NCBI GenBank assembly: GCA_045644665.1
Contig: JAZRHH010000045.1
Coordinates: forward strand, 22,003 to 86,002
Length of the DNA stretch: 64,000 nucleotides
Direction of reading: 5' to 3'
Source: Clostridia bacterium
Lineage (GTDB): Bacteria > Bacillota > Clostridia > UBA1381
Of the stretch, positions 9,356-18,366 are shown piece by piece (the stretch's first letter is position 1; each line of letters begins with the position of its first letter). The translations under genes and the position numbers were made by a program. Under the pieces are notes generated by a model. That model saw only the letters and a list, made by a program, of their open reading frames with translations. It did no database searches and was not told where the DNA came from.

Positions 9356-9371
9356 TGTTTCACGTGAAACA
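9356..9371. other. parS: parS centromere-like site, copy 2
   Basis: An identical 16-mer TGTTTCACGTGAAACA, 44 bp centre-to-centre from copy 1 and 55 bp upstream of the soj start. Confidence 0.9.
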
Positions 9372-9425
9372 TTTACAAATGAAAAATTTGTGGTATAATA
9401 ATAATATAAACTTTCGGAGGTGACT

Positions 9426-10199
9426 ATGGGAAAGGTAATTGCTGTTATAAACCAAAAAGGCGGCGTAGGTAAAACAACAACTGCAATAAATCTTGCCGCA
9501 TGCCTTGGATATAAAGATAAAAAAGTGCTTCTTATAGATAGCGATGCCCAGGGAAACGCCACAAGCGGCCTTGGAATAGAAAAAGGTACATACGAAAAAT
9601 CTATCTACGATTGTATGACAGATTATAAAAACATTCATAGCGCTATTATTAAAACTAAATATAAAAACCTAAGCGTTCTGCCCTCAACTCATCATCTTGC
9701 AGGAGCAGAAATAGAACTTGCATATGAAGAAAAAAGAGAGTATTTTATAAAAAAGTTTGTAGATGAAATCAGGGAAGAGTACGATTTTATTCTTATCGAC
9801 TCTCCTCCGGCTCTTGGACTTCTTACGATTAATATTTTAACTGCTTCGGATACTGTGCTTGTACCAATACAGTGCGAATATTACGCACTTGAAGGTTTGA
9901 GTCAGCTTACATCATCCATAAAAGCAATAAGACAAAAGCTTAATAAGAAACTTGAAATTGAAGGCATACTTGCCACAATGTTTGACGGAAGGACAAACCT
10001 TTCCATACAGGTTTTAGATGAGCTAAAAAAATATTTCGGAGGCAAGGTATATCAAACCGTTATACCAAGAAACGTACGCCTTTCAGAAGCGCCAAGCTAC
10101 GGCGAGCCTATTATAAAATACGATATAACCTCCAAGGGAGCAGAAAGCTACCTTGCACTTTCCCGTGAGGTTATTGCAAACAATACAGAAAAGAGGTAG
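9426..10199 (+). CDS. soj: ParA/Soj chromosome-partitioning ATPase
   Basis: Deviant Walker A motif KGGVGKTTT. GGAGG lies 5 nt upstream of the ATG at 9426; the track start at 9420 is a GTG two codons earlier. Confidence 0.92.
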   Translation: MGKVIAVINQKGGVGKTTTAINLAACLGYKDKKVLLIDSDAQGNATSGLGIEKGTYEKSIYDCMTDYKNIHSAIIKTKYKNLSVLPSTHHLAGAEIELAYEEKREYFIKKFVDEIREEYDFILIDSPPALGLLTINILTASDTVLVPIQCEYYALEGLSQLTSSIKAIRQKLNKKLEIEGILATMFDGRTNLSIQVLDELKKYFGGKVYQTVIPRNVRLSEAPSYGEPIIKYDITSKGAESYLALSREVIANNTEKR

Positions 10200-10204
10200 A
10201 TTAA

Positions 10205-11068
10205 ATGAAAAAGGGACTTGGCAGGGGAATGAACTCTCTTTTCCCTGAAGCAGAGCTTTTTGTGGAAGAAACGCCGGAAGTTCAAGGCAACACAACCTTG
10301 AAACTGACGGAAATAGAGCCTAACAAAAAGCAGCCCCGTAAGGATTTTGACATAGAAAAAATAAACATTCTTGCAGACTCCATAAAGGAGCACGGACTAA
10401 TACAGCCAATTGTTGTTATGGAACAAAAGTCCGGCAGATACACAATTGTCGCAGGAGAAAGACGCTGGAGAGCAGCAAAAGAGGCAGGTCTTACAGAAGT
10501 TCCTGTTGTTATTCGCAGCTACTCTGCAGAAGAGGCTGCAGAAATTGCACTAATCGAAAATCTTCAAAGAGAGGACCTGAATCCTGTTGAAGAAGCACTG
10601 GGTTATAAGTCACTAATTGACGACTTTAAAATGACTCAGGAAGAAGTAAGTAAAAAAATAGGAAAGAGCAGAAGCGCCATTGCAAACACAATCCGTCTTC
10701 TTGCCCTTGACGAAAAAACTCTTGACTACCTTAAATACGGTGAAATTACCGGCGGACACGCAAGAGCAATCCTTTCTCTTCCGGAAGGCGCACTTCGGGA
10801 GGAGCTTTGCGAAAGAATTATTACAGAGGACCTTAACGTAAGACAGGCAGAAACAATTGCAAGACTTATGCTAAAGCGTGCAGAAAAAAAGCCCTCCAAA
10901 AAGAAAAATTTAAGATACGAAATAGAGCTTACTGCAATGAGCGAAAAACTTTCTTCAAAATTTGGCACAAAGGTAAACCTAAAGCCCGGCGCAAAGCGCA
11001 GCAAAATAGAAATTGAATATTACAACGAAGACGACCTGGAGCGCATTTTGCAGCTTTTAGGTGTATAA
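10205..11068 (+). CDS. spo0J: ParB/Spo0J chromosome-partitioning protein
   Basis: 287 aa. ParB box GERRWRAA and an HTH region. Lies immediately downstream of soj. Confidence 0.92.
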   Translation: MKKGLGRGMNSLFPEAELFVEETPEVQGNTTLKLTEIEPNKKQPRKDFDIEKINILADSIKEHGLIQPIVVMEQKSGRYTIVAGERRWRAAKEAGLTEVPVVIRSYSAEEAAEIALIENLQREDLNPVEEALGYKSLIDDFKMTQEEVSKKIGKSRSAIANTIRLLALDEKTLDYLKYGEITGGHARAILSLPEGALREELCERIITEDLNVRQAETIARLMLKRAEKKPSKKKNLRYEIELTAMSEKLSSKFGTKVNLKPGAKRSKIEIEYYNEDDLERILQLLGV

Positions 11069-11086
11069 AAGAAAAGAGGTTTTGAA

Positions 11087-11518
11087 ATGACAGAAAACAA
11101 AAGTAATAAATCTCTGTTTCTATATACAGCTCTTATATTTCTTGTGGCACTTCTTATGATTGTCGTTTCCTTTTTTGGACAAAGCCATCTCGAAAGCATA
11201 AGGGAAACAGAGCAAAAAGCAAAAAACCTAACAGAAAAAACATCTATGCTAAGCGATCAGAATTTATATCTCACCGAGCAGGTTTCGGTTCTTACAAAGC
11301 AGCTTGAGGAAAAAGATGCACTTCTCCTCACTTCACAGACTGCTATTGACGAAGCAAAGCTACGTGAAGAAAATATAAACAACACCCTTGTCGCTTATAC
11401 AAAGATGAAAGAAAAGAAAAAGGCAGAAGCAAAAGAATATATTTCTCTTGTAAATCCGGAGCTTTTGTCCTCTGACGCAAAATGGTTTTATGACGAAGTA
11501 ATAAAATACACCAAATAA
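11087..11518 (+). CDS. Membrane-anchored coiled-coil protein of unknown function
   Basis: 143 aa. N-terminal TM helix ([21 protein letters not shown]) followed by heptad-rich sequence. Confidence 0.55.
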   Translation: MTENKSNKSLFLYTALIFLVALLMIVVSFFGQSHLESIRETEQKAKNLTEKTSMLSDQNLYLTEQVSVLTKQLEEKDALLLTSQTAIDEAKLREENINNTLVAYTKMKEKKKAEAKEYISLVNPELLSSDAKWFYDEVIKYTK

Positions 11519-11535
11519 AGAAAGGAACGAATAAA

Positions 11536-12804
11536 ATGTTAGATATTAAAGTATTGAGAACAGAACCTGAAAAAATCAAAGAGGCACTAAAGAAAAGAAA
11601 CAACGATTTGGATATTACTCCTGCAATCGACTTAGACCTTAAAAGACGTGCAATTCTCACAGATGTTGAGCAGAAAAAAGCACAACAAAACGAAATTACC
11701 AAAAAAATCCCTGCAATGAAAAAGGCAGGAGAGAACACAGACGCTATTTTTGCAGAAATGAAAGAACTAAGTAACGAAATCAAGGCTCTTGACGAGCAAG
11801 TTCGTGAGATAGACGAGGAGCTTAGGAATTTCATGCTCCGTATACCAAACATTCCAAACGAAAAAGCTCCTGAGGGTAAAGACGATTCCGAAAATATAGA
11901 GCTTAGAAGAAACGGAACTCCAAGAGAATTTGATTTTGAACATAAGGCACACTGGGATATCGGCGCAGACCTTGACATTCTTGATTTTGAAAGAGGAGCA
12001 AAAATTTCCGGTGCAAGATTTACAGTTTATAAAGGCCTTGGCGCAAGACTTGAGCGAAGTGTTATACAATATTTCTTAAACACCCACACAGAAGAAAGCG
12101 GCTACACAGAAATATTCCCACCATACATGGTAAACAGAGCTTCAATGACAGGCACAGGTCAGCTTCCAAAGTTTGAAGAAGATGCATTTAAAGTAACAAA
12201 CAACGGTTATTTCCTTATTCCAACAGCAGAAGTTCCTGTTACAAACCTTCACAGAGATGAAATCCTTGACGGCAATCAACTTCCTATTAAATACTGTGCA
12301 TACTCTGCTTGCTTCAGAGCAGAAGCAGGTTCAGCCGGCCGTGACACAAGAGGTCTTATAAGACAACATCAGTTCAATAAGGTGGAGCTTGTAAAGTTCG
12401 CAGACCCGGAAAAGAGCTACGAAGAGCTTGAAACACTAACAAATGATGCAGAAAAGCTTCTGCAAGGTCTTGGAATTCCATACCGTGTAGTTTGCCTTTC
12501 AACAGGCGACCTTGGCTTCTCATCAGCTATGACATATGACATAGAGGTATGGATGCCATCATATGGAAGATATGTAGAAATTTCATCATGCTCAAACTTT
12601 GAAGATTATCAGGCAAGACGTGCAAATATTAAGTTTAAGAAAAATCCAAAGGACAAGGCTCAATTTGTTCATACTCTCAACGGCTCAGGACTTGCTGTTG
12701 GAAGAACTGTTGCGGCAATTCTTGAAAACTATCAAAACGCTGACGGAACTGTAACAGTGCCGGAAGTTTTGAGAGGTTACATGGGTACCGATATTATTAA
12801 ATAA
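11536..12804 (+). CDS. serS: Seryl-tRNA synthetase
   Basis: 422 aa. N-terminal coiled-coil arm plus class II core ([30 protein letters not shown]). Confidence 0.95.
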   Translation: MLDIKVLRTEPEKIKEALKKRNNDLDITPAIDLDLKRRAILTDVEQKKAQQNEITKKIPAMKKAGENTDAIFAEMKELSNEIKALDEQVREIDEELRNFMLRIPNIPNEKAPEGKDDSENIELRRNGTPREFDFEHKAHWDIGADLDILDFERGAKISGARFTVYKGLGARLERSVIQYFLNTHTEESGYTEIFPPYMVNRASMTGTGQLPKFEEDAFKVTNNGYFLIPTAEVPVTNLHRDEILDGNQLPIKYCAYSACFRAEAGSAGRDTRGLIRQHQFNKVELVKFADPEKSYEELETLTNDAEKLLQGLGIPYRVVCLSTGDLGFSSAMTYDIEVWMPSYGRYVEISSCSNFEDYQARRANIKFKKNPKDKAQFVHTLNGSGLAVGRTVAAILENYQNADGTVTVPEVLRGYMGTDIIK

Positions 12805-12910
12805 AATATGTAAAAATGTGCGAAAATTATCCCTTTTGAATGATAAAAATTATAATAATTATGTAAACATTACTGTGTTTTTACACAGGTGTTAATAATT
12901 TCCATATAAC

Positions 12911-13174
12911 TTATCCACAAAAAATATTGTAGAATTATAGGGTTTGTGAAAAGTTATCAACACCATCCACTGAATTATCCACGTTTTATAAGGTTTACCA
13001 TATTTAAATATGGATAACTTTCGTGGATAACTCTCGGTTTACATAAAATATTGTGAACAGAAACAATATTTAAACCATTTTTTGAACACTTTTTCGTGGA
13101 TAACTTGTTGATAGTGTGAAAAAGTAAGGTTTTAAGCCAAAGTTTTAAAGGGTAAATACTAAAAGTTATCCACA
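12911..13174. other. DnaA-box cluster: 2 perfect and 5 one-mismatch boxes in 264 bp
   Basis: TTATCCACA at 12911 and 13166. TTATCAACA at 12954. TTATCCACG at 12975. On the complementary strand, TATGGATAA at 13009 and CGTGGATAA at 13022 and 13095. Confidence 0.8.
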
Positions 13175-13228
13175 CCTATGTATAAATGGTAAAAAAACCA
13201 AAAATTATGTAAATTAAAAGGTGATATT

Positions 13229-13894
13229 TTGCTTACACCAAGACTCAATTTAATAAAAAATCAAGTACAGGGAATTTCCGTTGCAGACATTGGAACAGAC
13301 CATGGATTTGTTCCCATCGAACTTGTAAAAAAAGGCATCTGCCAAACTGCAATTGCTTCTGATATTAACACAGGACCTGCTCATATCGCAAAAACAAATA
13401 TAGAAAAAGAAGGACTTTCCATTGATGTGAGAGTAGGGAGCGGACTTTCTGTTCTTACAAAAGGCGAAGTGCAGGAAATAATAATTGCAGGTATGGGAGG
13501 AAAGTTAATCTCAAACATAATATCTGACCATATGGATATTGCAAAAAGCGCAAGACTCATTCTTCAGCCAATGAATGCTCAATACGAGCTTAGAAAATTT
13601 CTTACAGAAAATGATTTTTCTATAGAGCATGAGGATCTGGCACTTGAAGGATTTAAGGTATATAATGTTATAGTGTGCAGCGCTAATAAAGACAATTCCA
13701 TAGAATACCAATCAGAGATTGATTTTCATATTCCGCACATTTTAAAAAACCATATTTATTTTAAGCACCTGAAGGAAAAGAAAATTCGAGAATTTTCAAA
13801 GATTTTAAAAGGATACAAATTGTCAAAAAACCCTGTGGAAAAGGAAAAACTTAACTATATAGAAAATATACTTTGTGAAATACGAAAGCTATAA
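13229..13894 (+). CDS. trmK: tRNA (adenine22-N1)-methyltransferase, TrmK family
   Basis: 221 aa. VADIGTDHGFVPIELV and AIASDINTGP match the TrmK/YqfN SAM-binding N-terminus. TTG start. Confidence 0.75.
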   Translation: MLTPRLNLIKNQVQGISVADIGTDHGFVPIELVKKGICQTAIASDINTGPAHIAKTNIEKEGLSIDVRVGSGLSVLTKGEVQEIIIAGMGGKLISNIISDHMDIAKSARLILQPMNAQYELRKFLTENDFSIEHEDLALEGFKVYNVIVCSANKDNSIEYQSEIDFHIPHILKNHIYFKHLKEKKIREFSKILKGYKLSKNPVEKEKLNYIENILCEIRKL

Positions 13895-13912
13895 ATAAAG
13901 GAGTATTATATA

Positions 13913-15280
13913 ATGAAAAAATTAGTTTTAGTGTGCATGGTTTTACTACTTTGTCTATCCTCTGCTGCAAACGCTGCAGAATACTCACTGATAAACAATA
14001 CCCTTTCCCTTGCGGATATATATGATATAGGATTTTCCCCACGCAAATTAAACCTTGGGGAAAAAACATACATTTCTGCAGATGATGCTCTTAAAGCGGC
14101 AGGCTATGAGCTTGGATGGGAGCCTAATGACCGTGCTATAATAGTATATGACCCCTTGACGGCAGAAACCAGGTATATTTACATTCATGATAATAAAATC
14201 TGGAACGGCATTAGATTCATATATTATAATGGCGCCGTAGCTATTAAGGACGATGCAGCATATATTTCTGAAGAAATGCTTAATGATATTATGAAACCCG
14301 GTTTCTCACAAAACATCTACCCGCAAAACAAAGATGTCTTATCTATAGAGGACGGGTACAGACTCTCAGGAAATGTGGATTGTTATAACGGTATTTATCT
14401 TTTAAACGGATGGTACGCTTTTGAAATGATAGACATAACAAACGAGGGTGCGTTGGACTACGCAGAAGCAGTAAACGCTGTTGCCGCCGCAGTTCCTAAA
14501 CACGTCAATGTCTACAATATGCTTATCCCAAACTCTGCAGTTTTTTATGCACCAAAGGGTTATGCAGGAAACATACTTTCACAATACGAGAAAATATATG
14601 AAAACCTTGACACTCGTGTAACTCCCGTTGACATTTACCCAAGCCTTCTTTTGCACGCAGATGACTTTATTTACTTTAATACAGACCATCACTGGACACA
14701 CAGAGGTGCATACTATGCCTTTGAAGAGTTTATGAGACAAAAGGGTAAAACTGTCAACTACTTAGACTACTTCCCTCAAAACAACACAAAAAATGTTGTA
14801 GGTTCCTTTGCAGGCTTAATGAATGGAACAATGGGTGCAACACTTATAAACAATTATGGGGAAACACTGGAGCGATTTATTCCGCCTTATACAATAACTA
14901 AGGATGTTTATAATGACTGTGCACTTCAAAAACATGTAGCAACAGGACCTCTTATAAACGATAATATTAAAACTTATTCTACATTTATCGGCGGAGACGT
15001 GCCTGTTACGAAAATACACAACAAAGACCTGTCTAACGGCTTAACTCTTTGTATTATAAAAGACTCTTACGCCAACGCATTCTCCACATGGGCAGCTGCT
15101 AATTACGAGTATGTGTATCTTGTAGATATTCGTTGCTTTAACGGAGCAAACGGTTATACAGAAGAATTTGACATAAATGACTTTTATAACGTTACAGGTT
15201 TTGATGACCTTTTAATTATGAGCTACCCCAACACAGTAGCAGACAGTGTACTTCGATATTATATAAGAAGCTTCTCATAA
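13913..15280 (+). CDS. Secreted DHHW-family protein (AlgJ/AlgX-like SGNH O-acyltransferase fold)
   Basis: 455 aa. Signal peptide. Signature NTDHHWTHRGAYYAF. Confidence 0.7.
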   Translation: MKKLVLVCMVLLLCLSSAANAAEYSLINNTLSLADIYDIGFSPRKLNLGEKTYISADDALKAAGYELGWEPNDRAIIVYDPLTAETRYIYIHDNKIWNGIRFIYYNGAVAIKDDAAYISEEMLNDIMKPGFSQNIYPQNKDVLSIEDGYRLSGNVDCYNGIYLLNGWYAFEMIDITNEGALDYAEAVNAVAAAVPKHVNVYNMLIPNSAVFYAPKGYAGNILSQYEKIYENLDTRVTPVDIYPSLLLHADDFIYFNTDHHWTHRGAYYAFEEFMRQKGKTVNYLDYFPQNNTKNVVGSFAGLMNGTMGATLINNYGETLERFIPPYTITKDVYNDCALQKHVATGPLINDNIKTYSTFIGGDVPVTKIHNKDLSNGLTLCIIKDSYANAFSTWAAANYEYVYLVDIRCFNGANGYTEEFDINDFYNVTGFDDLLIMSYPNTVADSVLRYYIRSFS

Positions 15281-15290
15281 TATAAGAGGA

Positions 15291-15332
15291 AAAGAAGCTG
15301 TAAAAAACTCAGTTTTTTACAGCTTCTTTTTA
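15291..15332. terminator. Bidirectional intrinsic terminator
   Basis: AAAGAAGCTGTAAAAAA ... TTTTTTACAGCTTCTTTT, shared by the convergent DHHW and DUF1540 genes. Confidence 0.8.
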
Positions 15333-15334
15333 AA

Positions 15335-15505
15335 TTACTTTTTCTGGAATGAATTACAATCTGTACACTCTACCATTGTAGGATTCATTTCATGTGTTCC
15401 GATAGAAACAGAATTAAGTGAGCAGTAATCTTTGTCCTGACAGTGATGAGCACATTGTGTTACTGTACACTTAATGCATTCGTTTGCATTTGAACAATTT
15501 CCCAT
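15335..15505 (-). CDS. DUF1540-type small Cys-rich protein (56 aa), absent from the ORF track
   Basis: GGGAGG lies 9 nt upstream of the ATG at 15505. It reads MGNCSNANECIKCTVTQCAHHCQDKDYCSLNSVSIGTHEMNPTMVECTDCNSFQKK, showing the C-x-V-x2-C-x-HH ... C-x-L ... IG ... C-x-SF pattern. Confidence 0.7.
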   Translation of the reverse strand: MGNCSNANECIKCTVTQCAHHCQDKDYCSLNSVSIGTHEMNPTMVECTDCNSFQKK

Positions 15506-15623
15506 TGCTAAATTCCTCCCAAAAATAATTTATATAAAGCAGCATCTCTGCTACAATAATATTTTTGACTTTTACAAAAAATATATTCATGTAATTTTTT
15601 ACTAAAATTTTTCAAATTTATAC

Positions 15624-15652
15624 TTGACAAACCATTTTGTTTGTGTTATAGT
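15624..15652 (+). promoter_or_regulatory. Sigma-A type promoter (extended -10)
   Basis: TTGACA (15624-15629), 17-nt spacer ending in TGT, then TATAGT (15647-15652). Confidence 0.55.
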
Positions 15653-15778
15653 CTATATAATAATTTTTTTGAAAGGACAGTGGGTATAATGCTACATAAC
15701 CTATATTTTGGCTTTATGTTTATTAACGCGATGGATTGTTGCATTATATCGGCTTAATTTTTAACCGGATAATACAAG

Positions 15779-15825
15779 TCCACCGCTCTTTTGCTTAGTA
15801 AAAAGACAGGTGGATTTTTTGTTTT
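15779..15825 (+). terminator. Leader terminator/attenuator about 40 nt upstream of the aryl-CoA ligase gene
   Basis: TCCACCGC-TCTTTT ... AAAAGA-CAGGTGGA followed by TTTTTTGTTTT. It sits inside a leader of about 205 nt. Confidence 0.55.
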
Positions 15826-15864
15826 CAGAGTTAAAAGTAAATATTTAGAAAGTGGTGACCAAAA

Positions 15865-17166
15865 TTGGCAAATTACTATCAAAAAGAAATTGAAACAATG
15901 CCACGAGAGGAACTTAAAAAACTTCAAAGCGAAAGACTTGTAGCACAAGTAAAGCACGTTTACGAAAATGTTCCTTACTATCGTGAAAAAATGATTGAAA
16001 AAGGCATTACTCCTGATGACATTCATGGAATTCAGGATTTACATAAGCTGCCATTTTTAAGCAAAAGTGACCTTAGAGATGCATACCCTTACGGACTTCT
16101 TGCAAAACCTATTAAGGACTGTGTAAGAATTCATTCCACATCAGGTACAACAGGAAAAAGAGTTGTTGCATTTTACACCCAACACGATATAGACCTTTGG
16201 GAAGACTGCTGTGCCCGTGCAATCATGGCTGCCGGAGGTACAGATGAAGATGTATGTCAGGTTTGCTACGGCTACGGACTTTTCACAGGTGGTTCAGGAC
16301 TACACGGCGGCTCACACAAAGTCGGCTGTCTTACACTTCCTATGTCTTCAGGAAACACAGACCGTCAGCTACAGTTCATGACAGACCTTGGCTCTACAAT
16401 CCTTTGCTGCACACCATCATATGCTGCATATCTTGCAGAATCAGCAATTGAAGCAGGAATTCGTGACCAGCTCAAATTAAAGGCAGGTATCTTTGGTGCA
16501 GAAGCATGGACACAGGAAATGCGCCGTGATGTAGAAGCAAAGCTTGGACTCAAAGCCTATGACATTTACGGACTTACAGAGCTTTCAGGACCGGGAGTAT
16601 CATATGAGTGTAGCGCACAGGCAGGCATGCATATATGCGAAGACCACTTCATTGCAGAAATAATTGACCCTGTAACAGAGGAAGTTCTTCCCTACGGTCA
16701 AAAGGGTGAGCTTGTGTTCACAGCTCTTACAAAGGAAGCATTTCCAATGTTAAGATACCGTACAAGAGATATATGCGTTTTAAACGAAGAACCCTGTTCA
16801 TGTGGCAGAACCCACATACGTATGTCAAAACCAATGGGACGCTCTGACGATATGCTCATTATCCGTGGCGTAAATGTATTCCCATCACAGATAGAAACCG
16901 TTCTTCTAAATAACGGAATGACCTCAAACTACCAGATAATTGTAGACAGAGTAAACAACAGCGACACCCTGGATATTAATGTGGAAATGCCGGCAGAGCT
17001 CTTCTCTGACTCTGTTTCAAAAATTTCAGGTATAGAAAAAGAACTTGTCCTTGCCCTTAAGTCAATGATTGGTATTGCAGCAAAGGTACACCTTGTTGCA
17101 CCAAAGTCAATTACAAGAAGCGAGGGCAAAGCAGTTCGTATTATTGACAACCGTAAGCTTTATTAA
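15865..17166 (+). CDS. Phenylacetate-CoA ligase family (PaaK-like adenylate-forming enzyme)
   Basis: 433 aa. AMP-binding motif STSGTTGKRVV. PaaK-like N-terminus ETMPREELKKLQSERL. TTG start with an upstream GGTGA. Confidence 0.85.
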   Translation: MANYYQKEIETMPREELKKLQSERLVAQVKHVYENVPYYREKMIEKGITPDDIHGIQDLHKLPFLSKSDLRDAYPYGLLAKPIKDCVRIHSTSGTTGKRVVAFYTQHDIDLWEDCCARAIMAAGGTDEDVCQVCYGYGLFTGGSGLHGGSHKVGCLTLPMSSGNTDRQLQFMTDLGSTILCCTPSYAAYLAESAIEAGIRDQLKLKAGIFGAEAWTQEMRRDVEAKLGLKAYDIYGLTELSGPGVSYECSAQAGMHICEDHFIAEIIDPVTEEVLPYGQKGELVFTALTKEAFPMLRYRTRDICVLNEEPCSCGRTHIRMSKPMGRSDDMLIIRGVNVFPSQIETVLLNNGMTSNYQIIVDRVNNSDTLDINVEMPAELFSDSVSKISGIEKELVLALKSMIGIAAKVHLVAPKSITRSEGKAVRIIDNRKLY

Positions 17167-17182
17167 AAAGGAGGCGTTATTT

Positions 17183-17584
17183 ATGATAATTAATCAAATT
17201 TCTGTTTTTCTTGAAAACAAACCCGGAAAGCTATCTGAATTTGTAAATCTTTTAGCTGAAAATAAAATCGACCTTGAGGCTCTTTCAATTGCAGAAACAC
17301 AAGACTACGGCATTGCCCGTATAATCGTTGACAAGCCGGAAGAGCTTAAAGCTCTCCTCACAGAAAAAGGCTGGCCATGTACATCAACACCTGTTCTTGC
17401 AGCAAATGTACCTGACGAGCCGGGAAGCCTTACAAAAATTTTGTCTGTCATTGCAGACAGTAATGTAAGTATAGAATACTCATATGCCTTTTTCTCCAGA
17501 AATAGCGGCCCATGTGTTGTTCTTCGTGTAGAGGATAACGAGGCTGTACAAAAGATGCTTCAAAACGCAGGTATATCATGCTAA
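17183..17584 (+). CDS. ACT-domain protein
   Basis: Start at the ATG at 17183 behind AAGGAGG. MIINQISVFLENKPGKL is a typical ACT beta-1 strand. The longer track ORF from 17069 overlaps the ligase gene. Confidence 0.75.
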   Translation: MIINQISVFLENKPGKLSEFVNLLAENKIDLEALSIAETQDYGIARIIVDKPEELKALLTEKGWPCTSTPVLAANVPDEPGSLTKILSVIADSNVSIEYSYAFFSRNSGPCVVLRVEDNEAVQKMLQNAGISC

Positions 17585-17588
17585 TAAC

Positions 17589-17620
17589 AAAAGCTCCGCA
17601 AAACTTTGCGGAGCTTTTTT
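17589..17620. terminator. Bidirectional intrinsic terminator between the ACT gene and sigE
   Basis: AAAAGCTCCGCAAAACTTTGCGGAGCTTTTTT. Confidence 0.85.
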
Positions 17621-17632
17621 ATATAAACCCCT

Positions 17633-18352
17633 TTATATCATTTTAGTAATTTCTTTCTTTAATCTTCCTATTATCCTTTTTTCAAGTCTTGATATGTATG
17701 ACTGAGATATGCCAAGCATATCTGCCACTTCTTTTTGGGTCTTTTCCACGTTAGTTCCAAGGCCAAATCTAAGCTGCATAATTTTCCGCTCACGCGAGGG
17801 GAGGTTATCAAGTGCAGATAATAATAAATTTTTCTCCACCTGTTCCTCTATGTTCCTGTATACACTGTCATCATCCGTTCCCAAAATATCGGAAAGCAAA
17901 AGCTCGTTTCCGTCCCAATCCACATTCAGCGGCTCATCAATGGAAACCTCGGTTTTGGAATTTACGTTTTTTCTTAGATACATCAGAATTTCGTTCTCTA
18001 TACATCTTGAGGCGTATGTGGCAAGCTTAATATTTTTATAAGGATTAAAGGTGTTTATTGCCTTTATAAGTCCAATAGTCCCTATAGAAATCAAATCCTC
18101 TACATAAATCCCTGTATTTTCAAATCTCCTGGCAATATAAACCACAAGTCTTAAATTTCTTTCTATAAGAATTGAGCGAATAGACTCATCACCATATTTT
18201 AGCTTTTCAATAGCACTCTTTTCCTCCTCCTTTTCAAGAGGCGGTGGCAGAATATCGCTGCCTCCTATATAATATATATCTTCCGGCAATTTATCAAAAG
18301 AGCCGTAAAGATAAAAAAAGCTTGTTCTTATATTACTAAAAAACTTTAACAT
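17633..18352 (-). CDS. sigE: Sporulation sigma factor SigE (pro-sigma-E)
   Basis: [40 protein letters not shown] and [18 protein letters not shown] are near-identical to Bacillus SigE. Lies directly downstream of spoIIGA. Confidence 0.95.
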   Translation of the reverse strand: MLKFFSNIRTSFFYLYGSFDKLPEDIYYIGGSDILPPPLEKEEEKSAIEKLKYGDESIRSILIERNLRLVVYIARRFENTGIYVEDLISIGTIGLIKAINTFNPYKNIKLATYASRCIENEILMYLRKNVNSKTEVSIDEPLNVDWDGNELLLSDILGTDDDSVYRNIEEQVEKNLLLSALDNLPSRERKIMQLRFGLGTNVEKTQKEVADMLGISQSYISRLEKRIIGRLKKEITKMI

Positions 18353-18366
18353 ATCAGATTCCCTTT

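Noticed and set aside
9338-9638. Two minus-strand ORFs (74 and 92 aa).
   Set aside because: They overlap the parS sites and the N-terminus of soj (Walker A frame validated), so they are shadow ORFs.
11343-11978. 211-aa minus-strand ORF.
   Set aside because: It is antisense to serS and the upstream gene, and its Ser/Leu/Phe-rich translation is typical of the reverse frame of a Lys/Glu-rich gene.
12805-13228. Considered calling this DnaA-box cluster the primary oriC.
   Set aside because: The coding-strand bias switches near 53 kb, not 13 kb. The box/DnaA-trio/AT-rich unwinding arrangement is in the dnaA-dnaN spacer, and no trio run is visible at 13 kb. The cluster is kept as a secondary cluster pending GC-skew or marker-frequency data.
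15660-15864. Considered a T-box leader upstream of the PaaK-like ligase.
   Set aside because: There is no GGGUGGNACCGCG-type T-box sequence 5' of the terminator and no recognisable specifier-loop or AGAGA features.
17069-17182. A longer N-terminal extension of the ACT-domain ORF.
   Set aside because: The extension overlaps the ligase gene by about 100 nt. A strong AAGGAGG-ATG start at 17183 gives a normal-length ACT protein.
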